Source: the human T2T-CHM13v2.0 reference genome, Homo sapiens
Reading direction: 5' to 3' (one strand)
NCBI RefSeq assembly: GCF_009914755.1
Contig: NC_060930.1
Length of the DNA: 64,000 bases
Of the stretch, positions 27,307 through 40,191 are shown one piece after another. The notes beneath the pieces are model-generated. The model was not told where the DNA came from. It saw only the letters and a list, made by a program, of their open reading frames with translations, and did not search any database. The translations under genes and the position numbers were made by a program. The first letter of the stretch is position 1. Every line of letters starts with the position of its first letter.

Positions 27307-27770
27307 CTCTATCAATCAGGGTACCAGCAGGAGACAGGTGGCACCCTCAAATTATCACAAAGGGGTATTTGCCAAGAAGTGAGCAGGGCACAAGGCCTAG
27401 TGCAGCCCCCTGGGCTAGTATTGAGGGGGAAACAGGTAGGGTGGCTCTGTTATACCTAAAGGCTGAAGGGGCAAGGTGAGGAAGCAGACACCAGAACCTG
27501 GACAGAAACGCTCACGGAAGGGCTGCCTGACAGGGATAGTGACCCCATTTCAGGGCTGTAGCGAATCAGGAGGGACCCCACTGTGGGTAGATATTCTGAC
27601 CTCCCTCTTCTCCCTCCCTCCAGTCTCTGGACATTCTTCTTGCTAAACTCAACTAGAAACCAAAGGGAAAGGAACTCACTGACGTTGTACATAGAAGTCA
27701 ATTTTCTGGGGCACAGAGCAGAGTGGAGAGTATTTGGATACAGAGGAGTATGACGAAGACGCCAGGTGCA
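27307..27770 (-). mobile_element. LTR33-like ERVL solo LTR
   Basis: atcagggtaccagcaggagacaggtggcaccctcaaat...aaccaaagggaaagg...ctggggcacagagcagagtggaga. Confidence 0.75.
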
Positions 27771-28689
27771 AAACTTCAAAAGCAAGCATACCAGGGAGTG
27801 TCAAACCCTCACCACCATCATCACACAGGACAGCAGCTAAAGGCTGTGCCACACCCACTCATGGAAGCACCTGATGCTATAGGTAACTGCAGAGTTCTAC
27901 CAGTAACTTTTGAAATGACACAACTTCGTCCAGAGAAGTCGTTCAACAATAAATTCACAAATGTTCTTATCAAATATTTATGGAGCACCTATTCCATGCA
28001 AGAAATGATATCTTACTTTAGCCATGTAGTGAAGGTTTCAATGTGTTTTATGTTAAACTCGGTAAGTGTTTATCTGGTTTTATGAAGCCCCCATTGCTTT
28101 TTTCCTAAAAGAAACAAAAATAAATACACTACAGAAAAGGAAAATATCTCAGATTTTTAAAATGGAAAGATACTAAGCTTTAACTGCCCATACTCATGGC
28201 CTATAGCAAAAGTGGCCTTTTAAAAATAAAATATATGATTTTCCAGTTAGGTTTTACCTCCATCTTGGCAAACAAACATATGATGTGCTTTCAGGTAGTC
28301 TAAAATAAATGGGTTGAAGAATAGCTTTATCCCATCTTTCAAGATCCACACAACTAACGTCAGTTCCACTAACCTGAAAAAGTTCTCAGGAGGCATCGCG
28401 ATTGATTGCCATTCTCTACTCTATGGTTACCTTCAGTGGGTAACCAATGAGAGACATTTACATTTCCCTGTATCCATGTGCACTTTTCATCAGCATAAGT
28501 GAAGAATAAGCACGAGTCTCTTGAGTCCTCTGGATTAGTCATGGTGCTTCGTGGCATGGGGAATGATGTGAGCTCCTAGGGATACACCAGGTTATTTCAC
28601 AAACACATGGCAGATGTTAGGTGGCACTAACATCAAACCACAGAACATGAACCTTATTTATTTTCCAATATTTTTCAGGCACCAAAGTC

Positions 28690-29002
28690 TCAGCCAGATG
28701 TTGCCATGTCAGTGACACCCTCCAACACCTGCCAATCCCCCTCTTCACTGGGGAGGTGTGGCCTTAGGCTCGGAGCCTTCAGGCATGGGCCTCTCTTATT
28801 TTCACTTATTGATTTTAATGGTTATCATTTCTATCAAAGAATATCGGTTTTCTACTTGAGATGGTCATATAAATTTCTTTTAAAAATTTAGTAGAAAAAA
28901 TAAATTCAAGGGAAAATATATATTTTCCCTTAAAAAGGTGGCACATAGATATAGCAAAAATCATTAAGGTAGTATACAAATGACTAAAGTGTGGAAACAC
29001 TG
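28690..29002. mobile_element. hAT-Charlie-like DNA transposon remnant
   Basis: Terminus ggtggcacatagatatagcaaaaatcattaaggtagtatacaaatgactaaagtgtggaaacactg resembles Charlie ends. Confidence 0.55.
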
Positions 29003-30624
29003 ATGTAATACTAAGTACACCTCATGAATCAGAAAAACTTAGGTTTTAGTTCTAACTGCCCTCAAATAGGGATTAATGACTGATTTCCTTACTTTATAAA
29101 AAGCAATCCTTTCAGTGAAGGTAGTAGCTCTCTGGTCAGATGGCTGTAGCTCAAAGAGGGTAATAAAAATTTAGTAAAACTGCTTTGTAATCTGAATCCT
29201 GTCTTGTTCATAATATGACAGAGATGCCTATGATAAATGATTAAGGATTAAGGTTTAAAGATTTATATCACTATTAGGATGAAAATATGGGAATATACAT
29301 CATGAGGGTAAGGTAAAGGTGGTCTCCTTGTCTGTTGGCATCAGGTCTAACAAGGGGGCCTTTGGCTGTCACTGGAATGGGAAGAGAAAAACCTCTGATT
29401 CATGGAAGGCCTTCACTGAGAGTATCCCAGGGCCATCCAGGCAGAATTAAATTACAAGTGCAATCAGTCATGGGATGTGAATCCACTTGATGCCGGTCTG
29501 GTAAAAATACTGAATATTCTGCGGTATTGAAAGTGCAAACACTTTCAATGGTTACCTCCTGTGTGAACTGTAAATCTCTTAGATGTTTTAGTTCGGCCCT
29601 GTTTCATCCCAAGTCACCCAAACCCGCAAACTCTAACCCCTTGAAAAATTTACATTTATGTTCATGTTCCTTTCAAGTTAAGACCTCAGGAAGCACTAAA
29701 TCAACCAATGTATGCTGTCTTTTTTCTTCTTACAAATACGAGTGTGAAGCCCAGTGCCTGGGTGCACTCACACCCACTTCCACACATGCCTACACACCCC
29801 TGCTCCCTGTGCCTCCCCGAAAACCCACCCTGTGGGTGGAGCAGAAATGAATGCTGCCTGGGGCCCTTCCAGGAAGAGGTGTTTGAAACAAAGCATTCTG
29901 TCCTTCTGAACTCTTCCTTACACTCGCGCTTTGCTAAATCCCATATGTCAGCAGTCTTCACTTTGGAGTTAGGGTCCTTTTCCTATCCACTGTTGTTTAC
30001 TTGTTTTAAAAATATTTCTACAATGCATCCGTTGTTCTCCATTCACTATATAATTGTATAATACATTGGCAAGCAACTGCTCCTCAATGAATAAAAGTGT
30101 GTTTTACTAAAGAATAATTGGAGCTGCTTGGCACAGGAGCCAACCTTGCCCGGCACCAGCTGATATATGTGGCAAACATGGCTGTCTTCTGCCTGTGCCT
30201 TTGCTGAATATACAAGTAGTCAGGAGCTGTTAACTCTAGGAGCTCAGTTTTAGGTACACAAGATACAGAAAGTTTTTAATGCTGTATGATTTCATTTATG
30301 AATTTCTTTAGATTTACTAAGTTGCTAGAATTACAGGAAACAAACAGACTTTAATTTTACAGAAGCCATCAAGTTTAGAGGAAACTTTCAAAAGGAAACG
30401 TTTTAAAGATGCCATAATGGGTAGTAGCAGGCTGTAGGGCTTGGGGTATGTGTACAGTATAAGGATTGGAGCTGTAAATGTAAGTACTGCAAACACTGGA
30501 CAATGTGGGTCAAATGGCTTCTGTGTTCCTTATTCTAACTGAATCCAGTTTCACAAATAGACTTGTTTGAAGACAAAGGGCAGAATGTAGTTTTATATTT
30601 CATGATCTCTCAAAGCACATCTGC

Positions 30625-31030
30625 ACATTTTTGGGTGACTGCCCCACCCTTATCCCCTTCTCTGGGAATCTGTTCCAACCTTACTTGACCTTACATATGA
30701 TGAGGGTAGGGGTGACCTTACATATGATGGGGCAGGGGTGAACAACTGATGCAAGGGAGGCTCATCCCTATACTGGCTAGGAACCTACAAGTTGTAGCCT
30801 GGTTTAAAAAGATAAGTTAAACTAATTAGATCGTTCTGCCAGGAATTTGGAGTTCGAAAATGAAGAAGGTATTGCTAGTCAGCTGTGGGTTGCTAAACTG
30901 TCAGATTATATAGATTAGACGTGGGCACTGCAGCGCCTATTGTGGGCCAAGGACAAGCAGAGGGAGCTGGTCTACAGATCTGGAAGAACGGGACTCTCCA
31001 GGCATCACAGGTATAGCCTTGAAACTGCAG
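30625..31030 (+). mobile_element. LTR16-like ERVL LTR, degraded
   Basis: ctgccccacccttatccccttctctgggaat...aactaattagat...caggaatttgga...gagctggtctacag. Confidence 0.45.
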
Positions 31031-31684
31031 CACAAAGGAAGAAACAAATGTACTGGCTCCAAGGGACCACGTCCTAGGACCCTCTGCACCCCAGGACCCA
31101 GTTTAAAGTGTAGACAGTGCTCAAAACACTTACATGGAACTGTAGGGAACTGAATTTGGCCCAAGGGTAGCCTTGTAAAGAGCCTTGTACATCCTTGGAG
31201 GTAGAAGGAAGTCAGACAGACATAGAGCTAAACTGGCTTAAGTGAAAAACAGAGAGCAACTGCTATCAGCTCTGCATCTAAGTGAATGAGGGCACTCGGA
31301 AGAACAGGGCTGTGGCTGGGCAGGAGTGGGGGTGACAAGGCCTCTGGGAGGAGGCAGGGCAGATGGCGATGCTTCAGGGGAGTGTAGCAGAAATGCCCAT
31401 GGCAAAACCTCGGGACTCTTTCATCTAAATGGATGTGTTAATGGCTCCCAGGGAGTGGGTTTAAGAGGGCTTAGCGCATATGCCTTCGTCTACTCTACTG
31501 GCTGTAAATAACCCATGTTCTTGTCTGTACCATCTGCTTGGTGTGCACTTTGTGGAACTGTGTGAAGAAAAAAAGTTTGGGGAGAAATGGCTAGAAATAC
31601 TTTAGTTGTATACTTAGAAACCAAATATGCTTACACAGCTAAATTATCACTCTTCCTTTATGGAGGTAATTAAATCAGAAATTT

Positions 31685-31716
<32 letters not shown>

Positions 31717-31779
31717 GGGAGGGAGGTTGGACAGGAGGAGGCTATAAAGCTTCCTGAAGGTCAAAGAGCAGGTCATGGG

Positions 31780-31985
31780 CACAGAATGAGGCCAGAGACA
31801 AGTCTCCTACCACCAGTGTTAATCTTGAGTTAGTCACATTTAACCAGCCTCAACTGCAAATTCTTCGTCTATAAAGGGGTGTGTCACTCACCTTCCTCAG
31901 AGTAGTGTTTTGAGAATTGACTAATATCTAAAGCATGAAATTCTTTAGATAAAAGACATCATGAACATACTAAATATTTTTATGG
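31780..31985 (+). mobile_element. MIR SINE
   Basis: cttgagttagtcacatttaacc...ttcttcgtctataaagggg...cttcctcagagtagtgttttgagaatt. Confidence 0.55.
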
Positions 31986-32651
31986 AAAGAGTCATGCCCT
32001 CTGTGAAGTGCCAAGTAGATATTATACACGATTGTTGCCCTCATGTACACATTGAAATCGCCTCACTCATCTTTCTAGTTCCTCAAAATTATACAAACAA
32101 TATAATTACTTAATTCATTAAACAACTATTGAATGAGCATTTACTATGCTATTTACTTCTAATTTTAAACCTACAAGTGCAATTGTGTTGTAAAATCATG
32201 GACTTACTGTCTTGCAAGTAATTTCTAAAATACAAAGTTGGATTTGTTTTCAAAGTTAAATAACTGATATTTTCCCTCTGCTAGATTTGCGATTATCTGT
32301 AGTTTGGTGATTTTTGAAAGAGTTCAAAGAACTTCCCCATCCAACCCAGTTGAACTTTACCAAGGCCTACCACAGCAGCAATTTAAGAAAGATATACTCA
32401 CCACCAGAGAACCCAACACCTTCAGGAAGACTCTACAAAACACAGCATGAGTAAATGACTCATGAAATGCAAACTTGAGAGAATAATCATACTGCACTAG
32501 CCTCATTTACAAACTATATCTCATCTTGACAATATTCCCAGAAAGAATGTAGGTCAAATCCCAATAAATGAAATCCCAGTGTTTCTCAAATACTTTTTAT
32601 GGCCTTCAACTTTCACTTTATTGGAATTTGCTTGGAAGAAAGAGGTATTGA

Positions 32652-32862
32652 GTGCTGTGGTTAAGAGCTAGCATGCAGGACTCTAACAGACTCCACACCA
32701 TAATGAGAAGTTGCAGACTTAAATCAGCTACTTTACCTCTCTAGGCCTCAGTTTTGCTATCTACAAAATGGAGATAATAATGACCCCTATTTCACAGGAT
32801 CTCCAAAAAGCAGCAGTGAATACTGAAGGTCTTAGCAGTGCTAGAGGAATGTTAGCTATTAA
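32652..32862 (+). mobile_element. MIR SINE
   Basis: gtggttaagagc...ctactttacctctctaggcctcagttttgctatctacaaaatggagataataat...aatgttagctatt. Confidence 0.8.
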
Positions 32863-34795
32863 TGGAGATGTTCACTATGTGGTAAGAGGATGTGCGTGGA
32901 TGCCAGAGTGTCCTCAAAGAGATGTGAGTTGAAACTTGCAAGTGGGTTGAGGACGGGTGGGGAGCCCTTGCTACCTCTAAGTTCCCGTGGCTCTGACGCC
33001 CTTGCCAGACAGAAGGCACAGAAGTATCAAGAAACCCGAGGGAGATGGATCTTCCTTCAGATCTGTCCCAGCATGACATGAGCTGAAGTACAAGAGTTCA
33101 GGCCGCCCTGGAACCAGCACTAGCAAATCTTAATTTCTCACTGTGTCCCAGCGCCAGAGTGCCTCACTGCTGTCTTGACTTATGTTCACTCTGTAAAGAG
33201 AAAGCACATTTGCTCTGGAGGAGTTGAAAAGCTACAGGGAAAAATCCCATGCCAACAATCGACTTCAAACAGTATTCCTATTCAACATTTTAGAAATAGG
33301 TCAAAATGATGGGGAGAAAACAAAACCTAACATTTGGGGAAACTTTCAGAATTGGCTCTGGTTTTATGAGTTGTTATAATTCTAAAGACAAAAGTGGGGA
33401 GGAAAACAATAAAGCCAAACGATAAAGCCATTTTCATTGATGAGGTCCCATATTCTCACCCAAAACAAAACAAAGCAAAATCTGAAACATAAAAAGATTT
33501 TTTTTCACTGCAAGCTTCTGGAATTTCCTAGAAGAATAAAGAAATAATTAAAGTTCTAAATTAAATACAGGTAAAATTTGATCTATGCTAATGAAAAGTT
33601 GGAAATAATGAAGAATCTGAAATGGAAAAAAATTCTGCAAAAAATTTTATATACATAGTATAGAATAATATATACTGTTAGAATTAAGAAAATATTATAT
33701 AAACCTAAATTATGAATTTCACCCAGTGGCAAAGATATTTTCAAGGATCAATGCCAAACACAATACATATTTTAAAAATATCTATTTGGTCTGAGCCTTC
33801 AAAACAACTCCATACTTGTTCTATAACAAAAAGTGGGAGATGGCAATAAAATAAAAATAATTAATTTTCCATTAAAATGAATTCACATGGAAGTTCTACT
33901 CTATATGGGGCAGAAATGCAAGCAAGGATTTGACTGTTGAACACGTATGCATGAGTGCAGCGAACAGGTATGTTCTCAACTTTTAAAAAAATTGTAAAAT
34001 GTAATTCCTGGATAATCTCAAATAGGCAAGGCAGGTAAGCTGGTGAATTCACAGTTCTGCATGTGTGTATGTACACAGGTGTGCTTTAAAAAGATTTCCT
34101 AATAGACTTCTTTGAAGAGCTGGCTTCCCTCAAAACAAATTTAATATAGGAAAATTTAATTTTGACAGTATTCAATAACAGAACTAGCTCATGAAATCCA
34201 GCTCAATCACACTGGATGAGAGCTGGAGAGCTGAGAAAGGTTCAGAGCAGACACCTATTCAGGCAGTTCATATTCGGTCAGCCCAGCAACACCTCCATGT
34301 TCTCCAGGAGTAGAAGCAGCAGGAAATGGCTACAGCTGCAGCCTCCTGCAGCCTGTAAACTGTTTAAACATCTTCCCAAATAACAGAGAAAATGGTCATA
34401 TTATTTCTGATTGCATAACAAGCAGGAGATTTGAACAATGAATTAGGAGGAACTGAAATGTTTGTAGTTTTAATTGTCTAAAATGTCTTTCAATTATACT
34501 TAATTTTCATTCCAATAAAAATTTATTACAAATAAATAGCAACACAAACAAAATCCCCCATTAAACCAGCATAAAAAAAATCTAGGTAACTACTCCCTCT
34601 CTTTGTTAATAACTAAGTATACACATTTGCTGAGATTCAAAATGCTGTACAGTCTTAGTATGGTTCCATTTTTGTAAAATATATAACTAGAGGAAAAAAA
34701 TACTAGAATAAAATATTCCAAAGGCCAGAGACATTGGTCATCTTTGAGTAGCGGAACTTCAGTAAAGGAGTTCTATCCTGTTCTCTGAGTACTTC

Positions 34796-35081
34796 TTTTT
34801 TTTTTTTTTTCTTTTTTTTGAGACAGAGTCTCTCTCTGTTGCCCAGGCTGGACTGCAGTGGTGTGATCATCGCTCATTGCAGCCTCAACCTGGGTTTCAA
34901 ACAATCCTCCCACCTCAGCCTCACAGCTGAGACTACAGGTATGTGCTAATTTTTGTAGTTTTTGTAGAGACGGGGTTTTGCCATGCTGCCCAGCTTGGTC
35001 TTGAACTCCTAAGCTCAAGCAATCCACCTGCCTCAGCCTCCCAAAGTGCTGGGATAACAAGTGTGAGCCACCATGCCTGGC
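34796..35081 (-). mobile_element. AluJ (AluJo/Jr-like) with small internal deletions
   Basis: J diagnostics gatcatcgctcattgcagcctc, aatcctcccacctcagcc, gctcaagcaatcc; inserted beside an L1M 3' remnant (~34640-34795). Confidence 0.93.
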
Positions 35082-35639
35082 ATATCTGTCTTGTTCAGCT
35101 ACTGCTGAATTTCACTTGTGGCCAGAAAATAAACAGTATTTTTTAAAAATTTAAATGCTACATAGCTAGGTGATAAGCTAAATGGAGACCATATATTTTT
35201 AGGCATTTACCTTTATGATTTTTTTTAAGTACTCCTTAAATGCCTCTTTGTTCTTTCATGTTTTCAAAAATATGGCATCTATTGAAAACAAAAGGCAATT
35301 AATCAAGTCATACAAATTTAAACATATTTAACTCAAAGGGTTATCTTTGAGTTAAATATATCTTTGAATTAAATAAGTCTTCCTTATGACATACTAACAA
35401 CTAGAGCAAAAGCTCTGATAATAGTTACACGATGCTAAAACCAACTAGATTTAAGTCAGTAGTAATATTTATACAATATCCTTTCAGTGAGGATTCAGTT
35501 CCCTGAAATAGACAACCTCTCACTGATTCTAACCTGACCCTGAAGAAGAAAATAAAAAAAGATCTTCCTTTTTAAGAGAAATAAAATTAAGACTCAAAGA
35601 AAAGTGTACTCCATAGATCATAAGGAGGTCACAATTTCT

Positions 35640-36315
35640 TAGTAGTTAAAACTCCCATTCCAAGCACACTAAAAAATCAAAGAAATATAAGTTAAAATTG
35701 CAGAGTATCATTTTTCACGTATCAAGTTTGCAAAGATGATGACCAATAAAAACTATTATCATGAGAATATGGAGTAACTGGCATCATCTGACACTTCCAG
35801 TAAAGAATGTTTAGGCAATAAATACAGATCAAACTTCAAAATGTGCCAACTCCTTGACCAGACAATTCTCTTAGGAACTTATTCTAAGGAGAAAATAAAG
35901 TATTCAAAGACATGTTGCAGTATTGGATGTTCAATGCAGTGTTGCTTCTAACAGAAAAATCAGCAATAACCTAAATATCCACTGAGAGAGGAGTTTGCTG
36001 CTGCATCCCCAGAATTTAGCACAGTGTCTGCTACATAGTAAGACTGAAAATAAATATTTGATGAATGAATGTCACCATGAATAAATTAACAGGATATACA
36101 TGTATAACTGAATTTTATGCAGGCATTAAAATTTTGATGTAAAATTATATTCAACAACATAGAAAGGAGTGATTAAAATAGATTATAGATTATAGATTAG
36201 CTTATAGAGTACAATCCCAATTACATGAAATCATATATTTCTACCTGTGTATACAGGTGGGATTTGGATAATTTTCACCTTTTTCTATATATTTTTCTGT
36301 ATTTTTGTTTTTTTA
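35640..36315 (+). mobile_element. Old L1M (L1ME/MC-like) 3' region with an embedded L2 tail (~35995-36070)
   Basis: gtatcatttttcacgtatcaagtttgcaaag, ccttgaccagacaattc, ggatgttcaatgcagtgttg, aacctaaatatcca, tttatgcaggcattaaaa. Confidence 0.65.
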
Positions 36316-39300
36316 AAAAAACATAGCAACCACATATTTTCTATTTGGTTGAGGGAAGTCCTATTCTTTAAATTTTTATCCCAACCACTCAAGCTATAGA
36401 AGTATTATTAAGTAACAGATAACATTCACAGGGTAAAATTTAAGACAATTTCTTTCCCCTTGATTTCTCAAGTACTATCGTACTAAAAGTCCTCTTTTCT
36501 GTAAGTTACTCCTATAATATGGCCAAAACTAAACGAATACATGGTGTATCCGTTTTAAAGCAGGTGCAATAAATGCCCTCGTAGCTATCCCACTGAAAAA
36601 AGAATCTCCATGCATGCTATTTCACTGGTTTGACTTTCTCTGTCCACAGCCCTTCTGAACCCAGCCTTGTTAACTTTCTGGCAAACCCTCATGGCCCAAG
36701 GATGCTCTCCTGGACTCTGTGTGCATCCAAGTGCATTCATCATCAATGGACTCCATCTGTCGGCTCCTCACACAAAGACCTCAAGTTATTTGGCGAAGAT
36801 ACATTGCTTTCCTTAAATGCTGGATTGAGTTTAAAAGTAGACAGCTTGTGTCAATAACAAATGGTTTCTGGTAATTATTGTTTTCAATCCAGGATAAAAT
36901 ATAAGTATCCCTAATAAACAAATGACAAAGTGTCTCTCTTTGGATTCCAACAAGAGCAGCGTGATTCCTCCACTGGGGCACTGTCTGGTTACAACAGTGC
37001 CTGGCTGTGATTCTGGTCAGCCTCTGAAAGCAAGAGTCAGGGCCAACAAATGCTCCATCTATGCACATGTGCCCTGAAGAATCAGCCAACTGTGAGAATG
37101 GCAAAGAGCACACAGATGACCTGATGACTGACAGCCTCTTCCTTTGGATGCCATTTATGTGAATTCCAGAAATCTGCTGACAGTTATCTCATGCCATGCC
37201 AATGCAAGGGTTCACCACGCTAAGAATAAGCTATATATTTTGGTCTTGCAGTATTTACCCCCAAATAATCCTGCACAGAAATGGCAAGGTGAAAGGCTGA
37301 GAGAAACGAAGAGGGACCACTGGGAGAAAACATACACATCTACCACTTCCCTTCATGCAATTCCTGGGTGCAATATCAATCCAGGTGGGCGCTGAGCACA
37401 GCAGCAGCACACACCCAACACACAAAGCATTTATAAATACCTCAGGTATGAGGGTGGCTGGCTTGATCTGATCAAGCTGATTATGGACTTAATGTAAATA
37501 CTCTTTTTAAAAAAAGGCATATATATGAAGACAACCCTATGGGCATGAGCTCTGAGTTATGTTTTCAGTGGTAATGATCACACGTGTTTGATGTTGGTAC
37601 CACTAATTTGCAAGATGCTTGGCCAGCCTGGTGGACTGTGCTGTTCAACGCCCACAGCCCATCCCAGGGGCCCAGCTCCCTCCATGGTAATGAGTACCTG
37701 GTCTGTTGCCTTGCTGCTGCCACTGCTGACTAGCTTTCTCCGATGCTGCTGTCATGTGCTTCTACCCAAAGCTGTCTGCCTTTGAGCCACAGCTATTTCC
37801 TGAGGGATGTAAAATTCAACAAACTGCAAATAAACAACACAGAACATGATCTCATGCTGTCATGCTGCTGCTTCTCTAAATTGTAACATCGTAGCAGCTC
37901 CTTGATTTACAAGCATCATTTGACCCTCACATTTCTCTTTTGGTTACTTCTCCTCTTGAGTCCATCAGCTTCCTCCATTGCCTAACTATGTGTCTCTTGG
38001 ACCATCCGGCTATGCTTCACCCCATTCAGACTTGGTGGCTCTCAAGCTCACCAAGCTGCAAAACGTGTTCTTGCAAAGTTCACCAGCAACCTCTAAACTT
38101 CACTGTTCTCATCCCCCAGGACCTGACATTTAACACTGTCAGCAGCTCTCCTCACTAGTCTTGGCTAGGTTTGATCATCTTTTCTCACCCAAACTGCCTC
38201 TTTCCATTCCCTATTTTGGTTGGGTGCACAGAAACCCAGAGTGAGTTGTCTCCTTCTCTTCTCTCCCCTTAATCCCCTACATCCAGATGCAGCTTGCCAT
38301 CAGCAATCCTGGAGATTCAGTCTTCAAAAAGCCTTGTGATTTTCATTAAGATTTAGTGCAGATAAAATAAAACAACATTCCCAAAAGGAGTCTGTAAACT
38401 ACAGTACATCTACAAATACAAGGTATCAGTACGGGCAGAATCATTTTATTCCTTTTCTGTTCCTTGCTGAAGTCATTCAAATTCTTATTCCAACATTTAA
38501 ATCCTTCCATAATATGAACTCACTTTAAGTCTCCAACTAAATCTTGGATTATTGTTTTACGACAGTCCCTGAAATAGAATATTCTTTCCTCTCTGAACCT
38601 GTCTTTAAAACATAGTACTTGAACTGCCTTCCCCGAGACCATGACCCATATTAAATTGAGTTTCAGCCACTCCATTAACCCCTTAGGCAGATTTTTAATT
38701 AGTTTTACAGACGCATAGACTGTAAAGGTCTTTGTGTAGTTTCTACTTTCCTGTTTCTTTACTACTTACTTTGTGTTTGTTTACATGTTTTTCAAATTTG
38801 TGCAGGCAGGGATCATGGCTTGATATGGACTGTTAGTGACCAACTGACTTCAGCTCATTACTGTTCATAAATTAGTCTCATCTCCCCCACTTTAAAAAAA
38901 ATACCCAAATAAATTTAAAAAATATTATTCTCAAACACTCACCCTTGGTGTCTCATGCAGAGGGTCTGGCGATAAGACAGTTATTAAGAATATTTAAAAG
39001 TTTCATTTCAACTCAAGAATGAGAAACTCATCCATCCCTGACAAAAACAGCTTAAGAATAAATTCCAAATACCCAAGTGTTATTTTCTTCACTCCACAAA
39101 CCCGGGAACATTACAGGACCATGACACAAGTTTGGATGACATCCTATGGCTATCAGATGATAGATGTTTTCATTGGTTTCTCCTTAAATCAGGGCTGTGA
39201 ACAGTCCATGATACTGAATGGGAACCCTTAGCAAGACAGCTCAAATTGTATCTGACAAGGCTCACTTCATAAACCTCAACTATTTTCCTAATGAAGAGAT

Positions 39301-39959
39301 GCTGTGTTAAGGCAATTCTCTTTATATAACCATTATGCATTTATATTCCCTTTAAAGATAAATGATATTTTTATGAAGAATGAATTGCATACAAAATACT
39401 GTCTTAGTGAGATGCCAAAATACACACCCATTCAAAATATACAAAACAGAAACAACTAGCCAATATTTCTCCTAACCAAAATAAATGGTGTGCAGAATTC
39501 TCTTTTGAATAGTATGGTGATCTTAATGACAAAAGCAAAATTAATATATTACTATTAGGAAATAACCTGAGAAATAGATTAACTGTACCTTATAAAAATT
39601 ATACTAATATGTTTACTACAGCGCTTAGGATATTTACGTTTGAATTTAAATTATGATATAATTTAGTATTCTCTGCATAATATAAATTAGGATGATCTAA
39701 CTGAATGTGCAAAAATGCCAACATTCATTCATTCACTCACTGAATTTACAGGTACGTATAGACAAGGGAACATGAAAAGACACTATTATTACCAGCTCAG
39801 AGTCTTAGGAAAAACAGATGCATAATTATAAAAAAAAATGATATAAGCACTGGAATTATTCAAAATGCTATGCTGGGAAATACCAACATTTAAGTAGCTG
39901 GTAGATCATAAAACAGGTAAGGTAGACATCTATTTATGCAGACCAGGGTCAGTAGCAGT

Positions 39960-40175
39960 AGCTATAAAACGATCCTATTTATGTTAAACAACAACAAACA
40001 ACTAGGTTACATGGAAAAGGGTCAGGAAAAGACAACTATCCAGGGGTTAACCATGACTAATTAACTCTGAGAAGCAGAGTGGGAAGGAGGATAATTTTTT
40101 TTAAAAAAGACTTTACATACCTCTGTACTGTCTGAATTTTAAAAACATAACCTGAAAGTTCATGTAATACTTGAT
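39960..40175 (+). mobile_element. Old L1M 3' end
   Basis: gatcctatttatg...catggaaaagggtcaggaa...ctttacatacctctgtactgtctgaatttt...catgtaatac. Confidence 0.55.
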
Positions 40176-40191
40176 AAAGGGATCATAGTTA

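Noticed and set aside
28413-28454. Hairpin tggttacc/ggtaacca as a pre-miRNA (also gatgttag/ctaacatc near 28613)
   Set aside because: 8-bp stems are expected by chance in 64 kb, are too short for a pre-miRNA, and match no miRNA I recognise.
29526-29549. 10-bp hairpin attgaaagtg-caaa-cactttcaat
   Set aside because: About one such stem is expected by chance in AT-rich 64 kb; no supporting context, and intrinsic terminators are irrelevant in this genome.
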